The notes under the pieces were generated by a model, which was not told the origin of the DNA, ran no database searches, and saw only the letters and a list, made by a program, of their open reading frames with translations. Below are positions 9,517 through 19,951 of a DNA stretch of 64,000 nucleotides, piece after piece. How positions within the stretch are numbered: the first letter of the stretch is position 1; each line of letters opens with the position of its first letter. The translations under genes were made by a program, and so were the position numbers. Where the stretch lies: contig JAZUBQ010000005.1 in assembly GCA_045638525.1 (NCBI GenBank), forward strand, positions 76,989-140,988, read 5' to 3'. This stretch comes from Clostridia bacterium (lineage in GTDB: Bacteria > Bacillota > Clostridia > UMGS1840).

Positions 9517-10441
9517 AAAACGGATACTGAGTCCTTTTGCGTGCTTAAGTATGGATTCACGAGGACGGTTTGAACCAATGGAAGATGACAAACTGAGAAC
9601 CTGTTTTCAAAGAGACCGTGACCGTATTATTCACAGCAAAGAATTTCGCCGTCTGAAGCATAAAACCCAAGTGTTTTCGAGTTTTGAGTATAACGACCAT
9701 ATCAGAACCCGTCTTACCCATACACTGGAAGTGAGCCAAGTTGCGAGAACAATCGCAAAAGCCTTGCGATTGAATGAAGACTTAACCGAAGCAATTGCAT
9801 TGGGACACGATATCGGACACTGTGCATTTTCTCATGCAGGTGAAAATGTGTTGAATGAAATCTTTAACGGTTTTTCTCATAACAAACACAGTGCACATTT
9901 GGCAAAAAAAATGAATCTATCACAAGAAGTAGTTGACGGTATCTTAAAACACAGCAACATAGAAACCGGTGAAGAATCCTACACATTAGAAGGCAGAATT
10001 GTAAAATATGCTGACAAATTTGCTTATTTGAATTCAGATTTAGATGATGGAATTCGTTTGGGTTTAATTTCTGAAAAAGATATTCCCGCCGATGTTCGAA
10101 AAGTTTTAGGCAACACTTCCAATGACAGATTAGATACTATGATTCGTGATATGATTGTCACCAGTCAAGGAAAAAATGAAATTAAGATGTCGGAAGAAAT
10201 TGATGCTCATTTTAAAAAATTGCGTAACTTTATGTTTGAACGCTTGTATTTCAATGAAAAAGTTACAAAAAAAGATGAAACGGTAAAAAAATTTTTTTAT
10301 CACATATACGAAGCACAAAAAGAAGAGAAAAAGTCAGACGAAGAAATTTTAGAGTTTATGGCAGGCATGACCGACTCTTACGCAATCAAATACTTTCTGA
10401 ATTCATATAACATTAACGTACAATTTTTAGAGGTGTTATAA
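9476..10441 (+). CDS. dGTPase-like HD-domain deoxynucleoside triphosphate triphosphohydrolase
   Basis: Motifs RLTHTLEVSQVAR and GHDIGHCAFSH (HD motif). I set the start at ATG 9476, five nt after GGAGG (9466-9470). The ORF-track start at 9428 lies deep inside tmcAL. Confidence 0.8.
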   Translation: MEIMNIRKMTEENEKRILSPFACLSMDSRGRFEPMEDDKLRTCFQRDRDRIIHSKEFRRLKHKTQVFSSFEYNDHIRTRLTHTLEVSQVARTIAKALRLNEDLTEAIALGHDIGHCAFSHAGENVLNEIFNGFSHNKHSAHLAKKMNLSQEVVDGILKHSNIETGEESYTLEGRIVKYADKFAYLNSDLDDGIRLGLISEKDIPADVRKVLGNTSNDRLDTMIRDMIVTSQGKNEIKMSEEIDAHFKKLRNFMFERLYFNEKVTKKDETVKKFFYHIYEAQKEEKKSDEEILEFMAGMTDSYAIKYFLNSYNINVQFLEVL

Positions 10442-10504
10442 CAAATAAGAGTATTTTTTGCATAAAAAAAAACAAAAAATTTCTCAAAAAATGTAAAAAA
10501 AGTG

Positions 10505-10533
10505 TTGATTTTTTTGAAAAGAATGTATATAAT
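10505..10533 (+). promoter_or_regulatory. Sigma-A type promoter candidate for pfkA
   Basis: TTGATT (10505-10510), a 17-nt spacer, then TATAAT (10528-10533). Confidence 0.5.
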
Positions 10534-10613
10534 AGTAAAGTGGCGTTTTTTGATGCCTACATCTAAAATTAGACATCATAGATAACATAATCCCATAAGA
10601 GAGGAAGATAAAA

Positions 10614-11585
10614 ATGGCAAAAGAAATAAAAACAATCGGAGTATTAACCAGCGGCGGCGATGCTCCCGGCATGAACGCAGCGTTAAGAGCCGTTGTCAGA
10701 ACAGGATTACATTACGGTAAAAAAGTAATCGGAATTTACAATGGATATAAAGGTTTGTTGGAAAACGATATGAAAGAACTTACATATCGTGATGTTTCCG
10801 GCATCATCAATCGTGGTGGTACTGTATTAAAAACCGCTCGTTGTAAAGAATTTTTAACCCCCGGCGGTGTACAGAAAGCAGCTGAAAATGCACGTGCAGC
10901 AGGTATTGATGCATTGGTAGTTTTAGGTGGTGACGGAAGTTTCCGTGGTGCATTGGATTTATCTCAGCACGGTTTCCCCGTTGTTGGTATCCCCTGCACT
11001 ATCGATAATGATATTGGTTGTTCTGATTACACCATCGGATTTGACACAGCATTAAACACCGCATGTGATGCAATTGACAAAATCAGAGAAACCTGTTCTT
11101 CTCACGATCGTTGCAGTGTTGTTGAAGTAATGGGCAGAAATGCAGGTTACCTGGCAATCAACGTTGCCGTTGCAACCGGTGCTGAAGTTTGCTTGTTACC
11201 TGAAAAGAAATTCGATTTAAATGATATTGTTGATAAAATCAAAGAAACTACCGAAAAAGGCAAACAACATTTTATCGTTGTTGTAGCCGAAGGCGTTGGT
11301 GGAATTGAATTTATCGCAAAAAATGTTGAAAAACAGACCGGCGTTGAAACCCGTCCTTCCAACTTAGGCTACATCCAAAGAGGTGGTTCTCCTTCTGTAA
11401 AAGACAGAGTCATTGCTTCCAAAATGGGTCTGAAGGCAGTTTCTTTATTACTGGAAGGAATTTCCAATCGTGTTGTAGTATACAAAGACACTAACATTGT
11501 TGATTTGGATATCGTAGAAGCACTGTCTATGAAGAAAGAATTTGATAACGAATTGGTTGATTTAGCAGAAGTTCTTACATACTAA
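10614..11585 (+). CDS. pfkA: ATP-dependent 6-phosphofructokinase
   Basis: 323 aa. Motifs GVLTSGGDAPGMNAA, LGGDGS, PCTIDND, MGRNAG and GYIQRGG. Confidence 0.93.
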   Translation: MAKEIKTIGVLTSGGDAPGMNAALRAVVRTGLHYGKKVIGIYNGYKGLLENDMKELTYRDVSGIINRGGTVLKTARCKEFLTPGGVQKAAENARAAGIDALVVLGGDGSFRGALDLSQHGFPVVGIPCTIDNDIGCSDYTIGFDTALNTACDAIDKIRETCSSHDRCSVVEVMGRNAGYLAINVAVATGAEVCLLPEKKFDLNDIVDKIKETTEKGKQHFIVVVAEGVGGIEFIAKNVEKQTGVETRPSNLGYIQRGGSPSVKDRVIASKMGLKAVSLLLEGISNRVVVYKDTNIVDLDIVEALSMKKEFDNELVDLAEVLTY

Positions 11586-11603
11586 TCAGATTAGGTGAAT
11601 GAT

Positions 11604-12155
11604 ATGATTCGCTTTATACCGAATATTTTAACAATTATACGACTTTTGATGGCGTTTGTCTTTATTCCTGTTTTTTTTCACGAACAACATCACAGCTCAT
11701 GGCATAGCTCATCATTGGCGATTTATACGCTTGCATCCCTCACGGATATTGTTGATGGATACATTGCCAGAAGATATTCTGCAGGTTCCAATATTGGTAA
11801 ATTTTTAGATCCGTTGGCAGATAAACTTCTTCAATTTATAGTTTCGGTATGTATTACCTTTGTAGAACCGATGTTCGCTATCATTCCCATATTTTTGTTT
11901 ATCAAAGAGATTTTAATGCTGATCGGTGCAATACTCCTATATAAGAAAAAAATTGTACTGGGCTCAAATCTTTTTGGAAAATTGGCTTCCTTTGTTTATT
12001 TTTTACTGTTTTTCACGATGATTGGCTTTCGTCCGTTTATTCCGGTTCCCGCCAAAATATGCTTTATTGTTGCGTTTTTAGCGGTATCACTTCTGGCGTT
12101 TGTCAATTATATAAAAACTTATATCAAGATAAAGAAACAACCTGTGTTATCATAG
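11604..12155 (+). CDS. CDP-alcohol phosphatidyltransferase family protein (second PgsA-like paralog)
   Basis: Motif [27 protein letters not shown], multi-TM. Start at ATG 11604 after AGGTGA. The ORF-track GTG at 11595 is also possible. Confidence 0.75.
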   Translation: MIRFIPNILTIIRLLMAFVFIPVFFHEQHHSSWHSSSLAIYTLASLTDIVDGYIARRYSAGSNIGKFLDPLADKLLQFIVSVCITFVEPMFAIIPIFLFIKEILMLIGAILLYKKKIVLGSNLFGKLASFVYFLLFFTMIGFRPFIPVPAKICFIVAFLAVSLLAFVNYIKTYIKIKKQPVLS

Positions 12156-12156
12156 T

Positions 12157-12191
12157 AAAAAAACGCTTGCAAATTTTGCAAGCGTTTTTTT
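12157..12191. terminator. Bidirectional intrinsic terminator
   Basis: AAAAAAA-CGCTTGCAAA-A-TTTGCAAGCG-TTTTTTT. It lies between the convergent genes ending at 12155 (+) and 12215 (-). Confidence 0.85.
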
Positions 12192-12214
12192 CATCTATTA
12201 AGAATCTATTTCAA

Positions 12215-13258
12215 TTAACGGATATCAAAGGAATAAGTAGTGACTGAATAAAAGCGTTCCCCTGCTTTTAACATACAAGACGGGAAGTTTGGCTGATTGG
12301 GAGTATCCGGTGAATACTGAGTTTCCAGACATAACCCGGTTCTATTAAGGATAGGTTGACCATCCTTGCCGGTAAACGTTCCATCTAAAAAGTTTCCGAT
12401 ATAAAATTGTACAGCAGGCAGGTCGGTTGATACCTTCATCACAATTCCGCTTTTTTCATCGTAAACTTCACAAGCGTTTTCTTTATATTCGTTGGGTTCC
12501 CCTAAAATAAAATTATGGTCGTATCCATTACCGTTTTTCAAATCAGCATCGTCGCAAGCCAGATCCTGACCAACCATTTTTGGTGTTCTGAAATCAAACG
12601 GTGTTCCTGCAACAGAACGAATCTCACCGGTAGGAATCAAATCAGCATCAGTAGGTGTATAATAATCTGCTGCAATTCTTACAAGATGATCTGTGATGGG
12701 ACCTCCCTGATAACCGGACAAATTAAAATAAGAATGATTGGTAGGATTAAAATAAGTGTCTTTATCACTAACAGCTTCATATTCAATTTTCAGTTCATTT
12801 TCATCTGTTAAGGTATAGGTTACTTTAACAGAAACGGTACCGGGATAATTTTCGGTTCCATCTTCATCCAAAAGAGAAATGGTAATACTGTTATCGGTTA
12901 CGGCATCAATGTTCCAAAATCTTCTGGAATAGCCGATATCTCCTCCGTGAAGATGATGGATGTCGTTATTATTCAGTGCAAGTTGATAATCAACTCCATT
13001 TACTGTGATTTTTCCTTTTGCAATACGGTTACCATATCTGCCGATCAAACCGCCGTGATATGCTCCGTCATTAAAATATGTTTCAGATTCATTATGACCA
13101 ATAATCACATCTAAAAACTTGCCATTCTTATCAGGAACTGATAAAGAACGCAGAATTCCTCCGAAGTTCAAAATTTCTGCAGTACAACCATTTTTATTGG
13201 TTAATGTAGTTACAAGAACATCTTTTCCTTGAAATGTGTCGAATTTCTTTTGATTCAT
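12215..13258 (-). CDS. galM: Aldose 1-epimerase (galactose mutarotase)
   Basis: 347 aa. Motifs GRYGNRI, HLHGG, FNPTNHSYFNL and GLCLETQ are typical of GalM. Confidence 0.88.
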   Translation of the reverse strand: MNQKKFDTFQGKDVLVTTLTNKNGCTAEILNFGGILRSLSVPDKNGKFLDVIIGHNESETYFNDGAYHGGLIGRYGNRIAKGKITVNGVDYQLALNNNDIHHLHGGDIGYSRRFWNIDAVTDNSITISLLDEDGTENYPGTVSVKVTYTLTDENELKIEYEAVSDKDTYFNPTNHSYFNLSGYQGGPITDHLVRIAADYYTPTDADLIPTGEIRSVAGTPFDFRTPKMVGQDLACDDADLKNGNGYDHNFILGEPNEYKENACEVYDEKSGIVMKVSTDLPAVQFYIGNFLDGTFTGKDGQPILNRTGLCLETQYSPDTPNQPNFPSCMLKAGERFYSVTTYSFDIR

Positions 13259-13275
13259 TTTCTCTTACTCTCCTT

Positions 13276-14121
13276 TTATAATGTTTCGTTCTCCAATTTA
13301 TTTTGCGATTCATTTTCTAATTTTTGTGCCGGAATCAGCATATGCTTTTCAATCGTCGGATAGACGGAAAATACCACCAAAAATCCGCAAAAAGCGTACA
13401 AAATTACAATATTTAATATAAAACCGATGACCAAATACCGATACGCAAAATAGGAAACCAGACCGACAATAAAAATAATCAATAAGTTAAGCGGTAATTT
13501 TGCCAATGCAAATATAAAGGAATTTTTCATCAGTTGCGAAAATTTCAAGCGAAACATTACCATAATTGAATATGCATAGTAATTGATAAAAACAAGAATC
13601 AAATTCACCATAAAAAGTGGCAATCGCATCACACTTAAAGTGGTTTTCGAATTTCCGACCATAGCCGTATCTCCATGCATTAAGGTGATGGAGAAGGACA
13701 ATAAAAAGAAGCCTGTAATCAATGAACAAAGTGTGCTTTGCTTAAAGTTTTTCTTAAATTGTTCAAAAAATTCCGAAAACTGAAACACAGGAGTTTCTGT
13801 AGCGAAGGATTTCAGAATATATGTCATTCCCGCAGTTGCCGGCCCGATTAAGAACGAAAATATAATAAAAACCAGCGATAACATATACAAAAAGCTTCCC
13901 AGAAATTCTACGGATAAATTCCTAATAAAGCTATCATTAAACACCAAAAGTCCAACAACAACCCAAATCGGTAATGTCATAACGACATAAAGCAGATTCA
14001 TCTGAATCATTTTCCAAAATTTCCGTCCGAAAATCTGGAAAAAATATAACGGTCGGATGGGACGCATAGTTTCTTTATAAACGCCCTTTCCTTCTTTTAG
14101 TTGTGCACGAAATAATCCCAT
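13276..14121 (-). CDS. DUF624 (YesL-like) integral membrane protein
   Basis: 281 aa with about 6 TM segments. The N-terminal pattern FWKMIQMNLLYVVMTLPIW resembles the YesL family. Confidence 0.6.
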   Translation of the reverse strand: MGLFRAQLKEGKGVYKETMRPIRPLYFFQIFGRKFWKMIQMNLLYVVMTLPIWVVVGLLVFNDSFIRNLSVEFLGSFLYMLSLVFIIFSFLIGPATAGMTYILKSFATETPVFQFSEFFEQFKKNFKQSTLCSLITGFFLLSFSITLMHGDTAMVGNSKTTLSVMRLPLFMVNLILVFINYYAYSIMVMFRLKFSQLMKNSFIFALAKLPLNLLIIFIVGLVSYFAYRYLVIGFILNIVILYAFCGFLVVFSVYPTIEKHMLIPAQKLENESQNKLENETL

Positions 14122-14158
14122 AGTCTACCTCTTTCTTAATTTTACTGATAAAATAATC

Positions 14159-14539
14159 TTATTCGCCGAATATCGTATCATAATTCACATATTGGAATTC
14201 AACTAAAAAGCCATCTTCCAACATCACTTGATAAGCACCGGTTTGTGCTACTTCACCATTCACAAATAAAATCCATCCATCTGTTTTTGTTGATGCAATT
14301 CCGCCAAAATTATCAAACAAATTGCTTTCTAATGTATACGGAATTTTCTGCTTTTGACAAGCCTCAATCAAAACATCCTCTGCATTGTTTTTGGAAGTCG
14401 TTACCATTTCAGACAAAACAGTAGTATCCTCTGTATAAATCTTGACTTCTCCTTGAATGGTTTTGCCTTGTTCCCCAACAGAACAAGCTGATAACATCAG
14501 AAAAAGTAATGACAGTATGACTGTAAATGTTTTTTTCAT
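14159..14539 (-). CDS. DUF4430-domain lipoprotein
   Basis: Lipoprotein signal MKKTFTVILSLLFLMLSAC. The C-terminal GGIASTKTDGWILFVNGEVAQTGAYQVMLEDGFLVEFQY matches the DUF4430 (transcobalamin-like) pattern. Confidence 0.65.
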   Translation of the reverse strand: MKKTFTVILSLLFLMLSACSVGEQGKTIQGEVKIYTEDTTVLSEMVTTSKNNAEDVLIEACQKQKIPYTLESNLFDNFGGIASTKTDGWILFVNGEVAQTGAYQVMLEDGFLVEFQYVNYDTIFGE

Positions 14540-14970
14540 ATTGTTTTCTCCTTTTCTACCGAATTTGCCAACATAGTATAAATTTGGGGGAAATGTTTTT
14601 TGATATTAATCGGCTTAAAATTCGAACTTCCAACAAAAACATGGGTTGTACCGGCTGTATGTATCAAAACATTATCTTTCAAAATCCGATATGAAAACTC
14701 TACCCGATATTCCGTTATGTTTTTTATCAGAGCTTCCACAGTGATGATGTCCTCATACCGTGCAGGTGCTTTATATTTCGAATGTATTTCATAGATAGGA
14801 ATCATAAGCCCTGCCTCCTCCATTTTGGAATACGGCATCCCCAGAGCTTTGCAATATTCTGTTCTGGCAACCTCGTACCATACAGGATAAACCGAATGAT
14901 GAACAATCCCCATCTGATCAGTTTCTTGATATCGAACAGTAATTTCGGTTTTGGATATCACAGAAATCAC
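14536..14970 (-). CDS. YbgC/4HBT-family acyl-CoA thioesterase
   Basis: 144 aa. The hot-dog fold signature VRYQETDQMGIVHHSVYPVWYEVARTEY is present. The stop overlaps the downstream lipoprotein start. Confidence 0.8.
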   Translation of the reverse strand: MISVISKTEITVRYQETDQMGIVHHSVYPVWYEVARTEYCKALGMPYSKMEEAGLMIPIYEIHSKYKAPARYEDIITVEALIKNITEYRVEFSYRILKDNVLIHTAGTTHVFVGSSNFKPINIKKHFPQIYTMLANSVEKEKTI

Positions 14971-15081
14971 CTCACAAACGCAAATTAATCTCCTGCATTA
15001 TAACATTTTTTTATGATTTTGTCTACCTTTCTTGCAAATTTTTAGAAAAATAATTTTTTTAAAATTTTTTTATAAAAAAGC

Positions 15082-15110
15082 TTGATTTTTTTCACATATA
15101 ATGTTATAAT
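15082..15110 (+). promoter_or_regulatory. Sigma-A type promoter candidate for the rimP-nusA-infB operon
   Basis: TTGATT (15082-15087), a 17-nt spacer, then TATAAT (15105-15110). Confidence 0.55.
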
Positions 15111-15136
15111 ATAGGCACAGTAGTAATATGGCTATT

Positions 15137-15167
15137 AAAAGAGTGGGTTTCCCACTCTTTTGTTTTT
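15137..15167 (+). terminator. Terminator-like hairpin inside the rimP-nusA leader (candidate attenuator)
   Basis: AAAAGAGTGGG-TTT-CCCACTCTTTTGTTTTT. It lies between the promoter candidate and the rimP RBS (AAAGGAG at about 15182). Confidence 0.6.
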
Positions 15168-15194
15168 AACATCACAATCCGAAAGGAGTAAATT

Positions 15195-15674
15195 ATGGCA
15201 AAAAATATTTTAAGCGCCGTAACAGAACTTGCTCATAAGATTTCTGAAGAAAATGGTTGTTTCCTCTATGATATTGAGTATCAAAAAGAAGGAAAAAATC
15301 AGGTATTGCGCATCTATGTTGACAAAGATGGCGGTATCAATATTGACGAATGTGAAACAATTTCCAGAAGCATATCAGAAGCGTTGGATCAGGAAAATCT
15401 GATTCAGACTGCATACCAACTCGAAGTTTCCTCTCCGGGAGCTGAAAGAAAACTGACCAAAGAGTGGCATTTCGAAAAAGTATTGGGTAAAAAAATTGAA
15501 GTTTCCTTGTACGCACCCATTGACGGAACTAAAAATTTTATCGGTACATTGGAAAAATATGAAAATAACATCATTTATTTATCCTGCAATGAAACATTGT
15601 TAGAATTCACAAAGGATAAAGTTGCATCTTCAAAGCTGTTTTTTGACATTACTGAAGCTTTGAAAGCTAAATAA
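15195..15674 (+). CDS. rimP: Ribosome maturation factor RimP
   Basis: 159 aa. Contains the LEVSSPGAERKL motif. Sits immediately upstream of nusA. Confidence 0.9.
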   Translation: MAKNILSAVTELAHKISEENGCFLYDIEYQKEGKNQVLRIYVDKDGGINIDECETISRSISEALDQENLIQTAYQLEVSSPGAERKLTKEWHFEKVLGKKIEVSLYAPIDGTKNFIGTLEKYENNIIYLSCNETLLEFTKDKVASSKLFFDITEALKAK

Positions 15675-15722
15675 TCGTTTATTAAAATTATATCTTATAC
15701 ATTGGAGGTACAAAAGAAAACT

Positions 15723-16745
15723 ATGAACAAAGAATTTTTATTGGCACTGGATCTTTTGGAAAAAGAAAAAGGTATCGAAAAAGAAATCTTAATCGATGCA
15801 ATGGAAAATGCACTGGTTACCGCTTACAAAAAAGACTATAACCCCATTGCAGAAGTTATTGCAACCGTTTCTCGCGAAACCGGTGATGCTGCTGTGTTTT
15901 TAAGAAAAACTGTAGTAGAAGAAGTTACCAATCCTGAATTGGAAATTGATTTTAAAGCAGCAAAGAAAATTTCAAAAGCTGTTTCCGTTGGTGACACCGT
16001 AAATGTTAATGTTACCCCAAAAACTTTCGGAAGAATTGCAGCCCAGAATGCAAAAGGTATTGTAGTTCAGAAAATCAGAGAAGTTGAACGCGGAATGATG
16101 GTTTCTGAATTTACCGAAAAAACAGGAAGTTTAGTAACCGGTACTGTGGAAAGAATCGAAAAAGGAAATGTTATGGTTTCCATCGGCAGAACCGAAGCTG
16201 TTTTAGCGCCTCAGGAACAAATTCCCGGCGAAACCTACAAACACGGCGACAAAATCAAAATTTATGTTGTTCAGGTGAAAATCGTAGGAAAAGCTCCTCA
16301 GATTGTAATTTCCCGTTCACATCCGATGTTGGTAAAATGTTTATTTGAACAGGAAGTTTCCGAAATTGCTACCGGAGTTGTTCAAATTAAATCCATTGCA
16401 AGAGAAGCAGGCGCAAGAACTAAAATAGCAGTTTACTCTACCGATGAAAACGTTGACTGTATCGGTTCTTGTATCGGTCCGAAAGGAATGCGTGTAGAAA
16501 ACATTTTAGCAGAATTAAAAGGTGAAAAAATCGACATTGTAAAATACAGTGAAAATCCGGAAGAATTTGTTAAAGAAGCACTCTCCCCTGCTGAAATTAT
16601 CAGCTGTACCGTAAATCCTGATGAAAGAATTTGCAATGTTATTGTAGATAAAGATCAGCTTTCCTTGGCAATCGGTAAAGAAGGTCAGAACGCAAGACTG
16701 GCAGCAAAACTGACCGGATATAAAGTGGATATCAAAGCTGTTTAA
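15723..16745 (+). CDS. nusA: Transcription termination/antitermination factor NusA
   Basis: N-terminal MNKEFLLALDLLEKEKGI, an S1 domain, and KH domains (GPKGMRV, AIGKEGQNARLAAKLTG). Start at ATG 15723, because the ORF-track TTG at 15702 is part of the GGAGG RBS. Confidence 0.93.
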   Translation: MNKEFLLALDLLEKEKGIEKEILIDAMENALVTAYKKDYNPIAEVIATVSRETGDAAVFLRKTVVEEVTNPELEIDFKAAKKISKAVSVGDTVNVNVTPKTFGRIAAQNAKGIVVQKIREVERGMMVSEFTEKTGSLVTGTVERIEKGNVMVSIGRTEAVLAPQEQIPGETYKHGDKIKIYVVQVKIVGKAPQIVISRSHPMLVKCLFEQEVSEIATGVVQIKSIAREAGARTKIAVYSTDENVDCIGSCIGPKGMRVENILAELKGEKIDIVKYSENPEEFVKEALSPAEIISCTVNPDERICNVIVDKDQLSLAIGKEGQNARLAAKLTGYKVDIKAV

Positions 16746-16757
16746 GAGGACAAAACA

Positions 16758-17030
16758 ATGAAATATATTCCCACAAGAAAGTGTGTTGCCTGTCAGAAAA
16801 TTCGCCCGAAAAACGAATTGTTGCGAATGGCAAAATTTCAGGATGATACCTACCAACTGGATCATAAACAGCGTTTGGATGGTCGAGGTGCATATGTTTG
16901 CAATGACAAATGTTGTATCGAACAGGTAATGAAAAAAAATGCTTTTCACCGTTCCTATAAAACAAAAGTAACGGAACAGTGTTATGAAGAGCTTAAAAAA
17001 TTTCAAGAGGAATCCTTTCATGCAAAATAA
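16758..17030 (+). CDS. ylxR: YlxR/RnpM family (DUF448) RNA-binding protein
   Basis: 90 aa. Motifs RKCVACQKIRPKNELLR and GRGAYVC. Canonical position after nusA. Confidence 0.85.
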   Translation: MKYIPTRKCVACQKIRPKNELLRMAKFQDDTYQLDHKQRLDGRGAYVCNDKCCIEQVMKKNAFHRSYKTKVTEQCYEELKKFQEESFHAK

Positions 17031-17337
17031 AATTTTAAGCTTACTCGGACTGGCAAGACGTGCCGGATCGCTTACTTACGGACAGACAGCCGTGTTGGAT
17101 GAAATAAAAAAATCCCGTTCCAAACTCATTATATTTTCTTCTGATTTCAACGAAAAAACAAAGCAGAAAATTCGAGAAAACTGCAAAAACGTTAAAGTAA
17201 TAACTATCCCTTGTACCATGGAAGAAATAGCATTTGCAATCGGAACAAAACCAACCGGTGTGTTATCTGTTAATCATGAAAATTTTAAAAAAGGAATATT
17301 AGAGGTGAGTTCATTTGAAGAAAAAGAAAATATCTGA
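17020..17337 (+). CDS. ylxQ: L7Ae/L30e-family RNA-binding protein YlxQ
   Basis: [16 protein letters not shown] at the N-terminus. Start at ATG 17020 after AGAGGA. Canonical position between ylxR and infB. Confidence 0.8.
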   Translation: MQNKILSLLGLARRAGSLTYGQTAVLDEIKKSRSKLIIFSSDFNEKTKQKIRENCKNVKVITIPCTMEEIAFAIGTKPTGVLSVNHENFKKGILEVSSFEEKENI

Positions 17338-19585
17338 ATTAGCAAAAGAATTCAATTTACAAAACAAACAAATAATGGAGATCATAAAGAACTTAGGGAT
17401 TGAAGGTAAAAGCAGCGCCAGCAGCTCTTTAGATGAAAAAGAACTGGACCTGGTACTGGATGCAGTAATTTTCTCCAATCAGGTTGAAGATTTTTCTATG
17501 TATGCCGTTGAGAAAAAAGCAGAAGCTAAACCTAAGAAAGATGAAAAATCTATCGAAGAAGAACAGAAAAACGAACAAGAAATCATCGAAGTGATTGAAA
17601 AACCCATCGAAAAGAAAGTTCGTCATATTGATACCCGTCAGAATACCATTGATGAATCCCGTCTGGATGACACCAAAATCGAAGAAATGATGCAGGGTAC
17701 CGACATTTATGCTACCGAAAGCACTTCCAAACAGAAAATCAAAAAAGGTGGCAAAAACCAGCGTTTTGAACGTTCCAATAATAAGTTCAACAAAAACAAC
17801 CAAGAAAAGAAACAGCCGGTTGTAATCAAACCCGAAATTCTGAAAGTAAAAATTCCGGATGAAATTTCTGTCGGTGAATTGGCAGAACGTTTAAAGAAAA
17901 CCGGTACCGAAGTTATCAAAAAACTGATGGGCTTTGGTGTAATGGCATCTTTATCCCAGATTATCGATTATGATACTGCCTATTTAATTGCAGAAGAATT
18001 TGGTGCTCAGGTCGAAAAAATTGTTACCGTTACTTTAGAAGAAGAATTATTCCACGAAGAAGCTGATCGTCCCGAAGATTTAAAACAAAGACCTCCTGTT
18101 GTTGTTGTTATGGGTCACGTTGACCACGGTAAAACTTCTCTGTTGGACACCATCCGTAATACTGATATTACTTCCACAGAAGCAGGCGGTATCACCCAGC
18201 ACATCGGTGCATACAAAGTTAAAATCGGTGATAACGATTTAACATTCCTTGACACTCCCGGTCACGAAGCGTTTACTGCAATGCGTGCCAGAGGTGCAAA
18301 AGCAACTGATATTGCAATTTTAGTTGTTGCTGCCGACGATGGTATTATGCCGCAAACCGTAGAAGCAATCAACCACGCAAAAGCAGCTGATGTTTCTATT
18401 GTTGTTGCAATTAACAAAATGGATAAAGAAACTGCAAATCCCGATAAAATCCGTCAGGAATTAACTGAATACGGTTTGGTTCCCGAAGAATGGGGCGGTG
18501 ACACTATTTGTGTTCCGGTTTCCGCAAAAACCAGAATGAACATTGATAAGCTTTTGGAAACCGTTCTTTTAATCGCTGAATTAAAAGAATTAAAAGCAAA
18601 TCCCGACAAAGCAGCAAGTGGTATTGTTATTGAAGCAAAACTGGATAAAAGCAGAGGTCCCGTTGCAACCATTCTGGTACAAAACGGTACACTCCATGCA
18701 GGTGATATTGTTGTTGCAGGTACCAGTGTTGGTAAAGTAAGAGCAATGAATGACTACCAAGGTAAAGCAATCCGTGTGGCAGGACCTTCTGTTCCGGTAG
18801 AAATCCTCGGTTTGAACGAAGCACCCACTGCAGGGGATGTATTTAAAGTTGTAAACGATGAGAAAAAAGCAAAACAACTGGTAGAAGAAAGAAAATTCAA
18901 TGAAAAAGAAGCAATTTTCAACTCGAGAAAAACCATCACTTTAGACAATTTATTCTCTCAGATTGCAGAAGGCGAAATCAAAGACCTGAATCTGATCGTA
19001 AAAGCAGATGTACAGGGTTCTGTAGAAGCTGTTACCGCTTCTTTGGAAAAACTGTCTAACGATGAAGTTCGTGTTAAAGTAATCCACGGCGGTGTTGGTA
19101 CCGTTACCGAGTCGGACATTATGTTGGCATCTGCATCTAACGCTTTAATCATCGGCTTCAATGTTCGTCCCGATAATAAAACTATGGAATCTGCAAAAAA
19201 TAATGATGTTGATATTCGTTTGTACCGAGTTATTTATCAGGCAATCGAAGAAGTGGAAGCTGCAATGAAGGGTATGCTTGCTCCCAAATTCAGAGAAAAT
19301 ATTTTGGGGCATGCTGAAATCCGTAACACCTTTAAAGTAAGTGGTGTTGGCACCATTGCAGGTTGTTATGTACAAGACGGTAAAATTGTCAGAAACTCTG
19401 AAGTTCGAATTGTTCGTGACGGCGTAGTAATCTACGAAGGTGCATTGAACTCTTTAAAACGTTTCAAAGACGATGCCAAAGAAGTTGCCAGCGGTTATGA
19501 GTGTGGTATGGGCTTTGACCGATACAACGACTTGAAAGAAGGCGACATCATCGAATGTTTCGTGATGGAAGAAATTAAACAATAA
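17315..19585 (+). CDS. infB: Translation initiation factor IF-2
   Basis: 756 aa with a TTG start after AGAGGTGA. G-domain motifs [17 protein letters not shown] and NKMD. Confidence 0.95.
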   Translation: MKKKKISELAKEFNLQNKQIMEIIKNLGIEGKSSASSSLDEKELDLVLDAVIFSNQVEDFSMYAVEKKAEAKPKKDEKSIEEEQKNEQEIIEVIEKPIEKKVRHIDTRQNTIDESRLDDTKIEEMMQGTDIYATESTSKQKIKKGGKNQRFERSNNKFNKNNQEKKQPVVIKPEILKVKIPDEISVGELAERLKKTGTEVIKKLMGFGVMASLSQIIDYDTAYLIAEEFGAQVEKIVTVTLEEELFHEEADRPEDLKQRPPVVVVMGHVDHGKTSLLDTIRNTDITSTEAGGITQHIGAYKVKIGDNDLTFLDTPGHEAFTAMRARGAKATDIAILVVAADDGIMPQTVEAINHAKAADVSIVVAINKMDKETANPDKIRQELTEYGLVPEEWGGDTICVPVSAKTRMNIDKLLETVLLIAELKELKANPDKAASGIVIEAKLDKSRGPVATILVQNGTLHAGDIVVAGTSVGKVRAMNDYQGKAIRVAGPSVPVEILGLNEAPTAGDVFKVVNDEKKAKQLVEERKFNEKEAIFNSRKTITLDNLFSQIAEGEIKDLNLIVKADVQGSVEAVTASLEKLSNDEVRVKVIHGGVGTVTESDIMLASASNALIIGFNVRPDNKTMESAKNNDVDIRLYRVIYQAIEEVEAAMKGMLAPKFRENILGHAEIRNTFKVSGVGTIAGCYVQDGKIVRNSEVRIVRDGVVIYEGALNSLKRFKDDAKEVASGYECGMGFDRYNDLKEGDIIECFVMEEIKQ

Positions 19586-19597
19586 GTTCGGAGGTAT

Positions 19598-19951
19598 ATG
19601 ATGGCAGGTCACAGAGAACAACGTGTGAACGAAGAAGTAAAACGTGAACTGACTGCTGTTTTGCGTCAGTTAAAAGACCCCAGAATCAGTGGGATGGTCA
19701 GCGTTTTGAAAACCAATGTTACCAAAGACTTAAAATTCTGTAAAGTGTATATCAGCGTTTTTGGAGATGAGTCTGCAAAAAAAGATGTATTAAAAGGATT
19801 AAACAGTGCAAAAGGCTTTATCAGAAAAGAAATTGCATCTGCCCTTTCACTTCGGGTAACACCGGAATTTATCTTTGAAATCGACAACTCCTTAGAAGAA
19901 GGTAACAGAATTTTAAAAATGATGGAAAGCTTAGAATATCATGAAGAATAA
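19598..19951 (+). CDS. rbfA: Ribosome-binding factor A
   Basis: 117 aa. The pattern DPRISGMVSVLKTNVTKDLKFCKVYISV is typical of RbfA. Follows infB. Confidence 0.9.
   Translation: MMAGHREQRVNEEVKRELTAVLRQLKDPRISGMVSVLKTNVTKDLKFCKVYISVFGDESAKKDVLKGLNSAKGFIRKEIASALSLRVTPEFIFEIDNSLEEGNRILKMMESLEYHEE

Noticed and set aside
7847-12155. Two CDP-alcohol phosphatidyltransferase paralogs (7847-8389 and 11604-12155) as a possible novel lipid pathway.
   Set aside because: Both carry the generic family motif, and neighbouring genes give no additional lipid-synthesis context. Duplication of PgsA-like genes is common, so there is not enough evidence for a specific claim.
16515-17021. Long antisense ORFs inside housekeeping genes (for example 16515-17021, 17429-17803, 18590-18877, 49072-49467, 50713-51096, 52692-53180, 47797-48180 and 106-480).
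   Set aside because: They are shadow ORFs on the opposite strand of confidently identified genes. Their sequences are Phe/Cys/Ile-rich and low in complexity, and they have no RBS.
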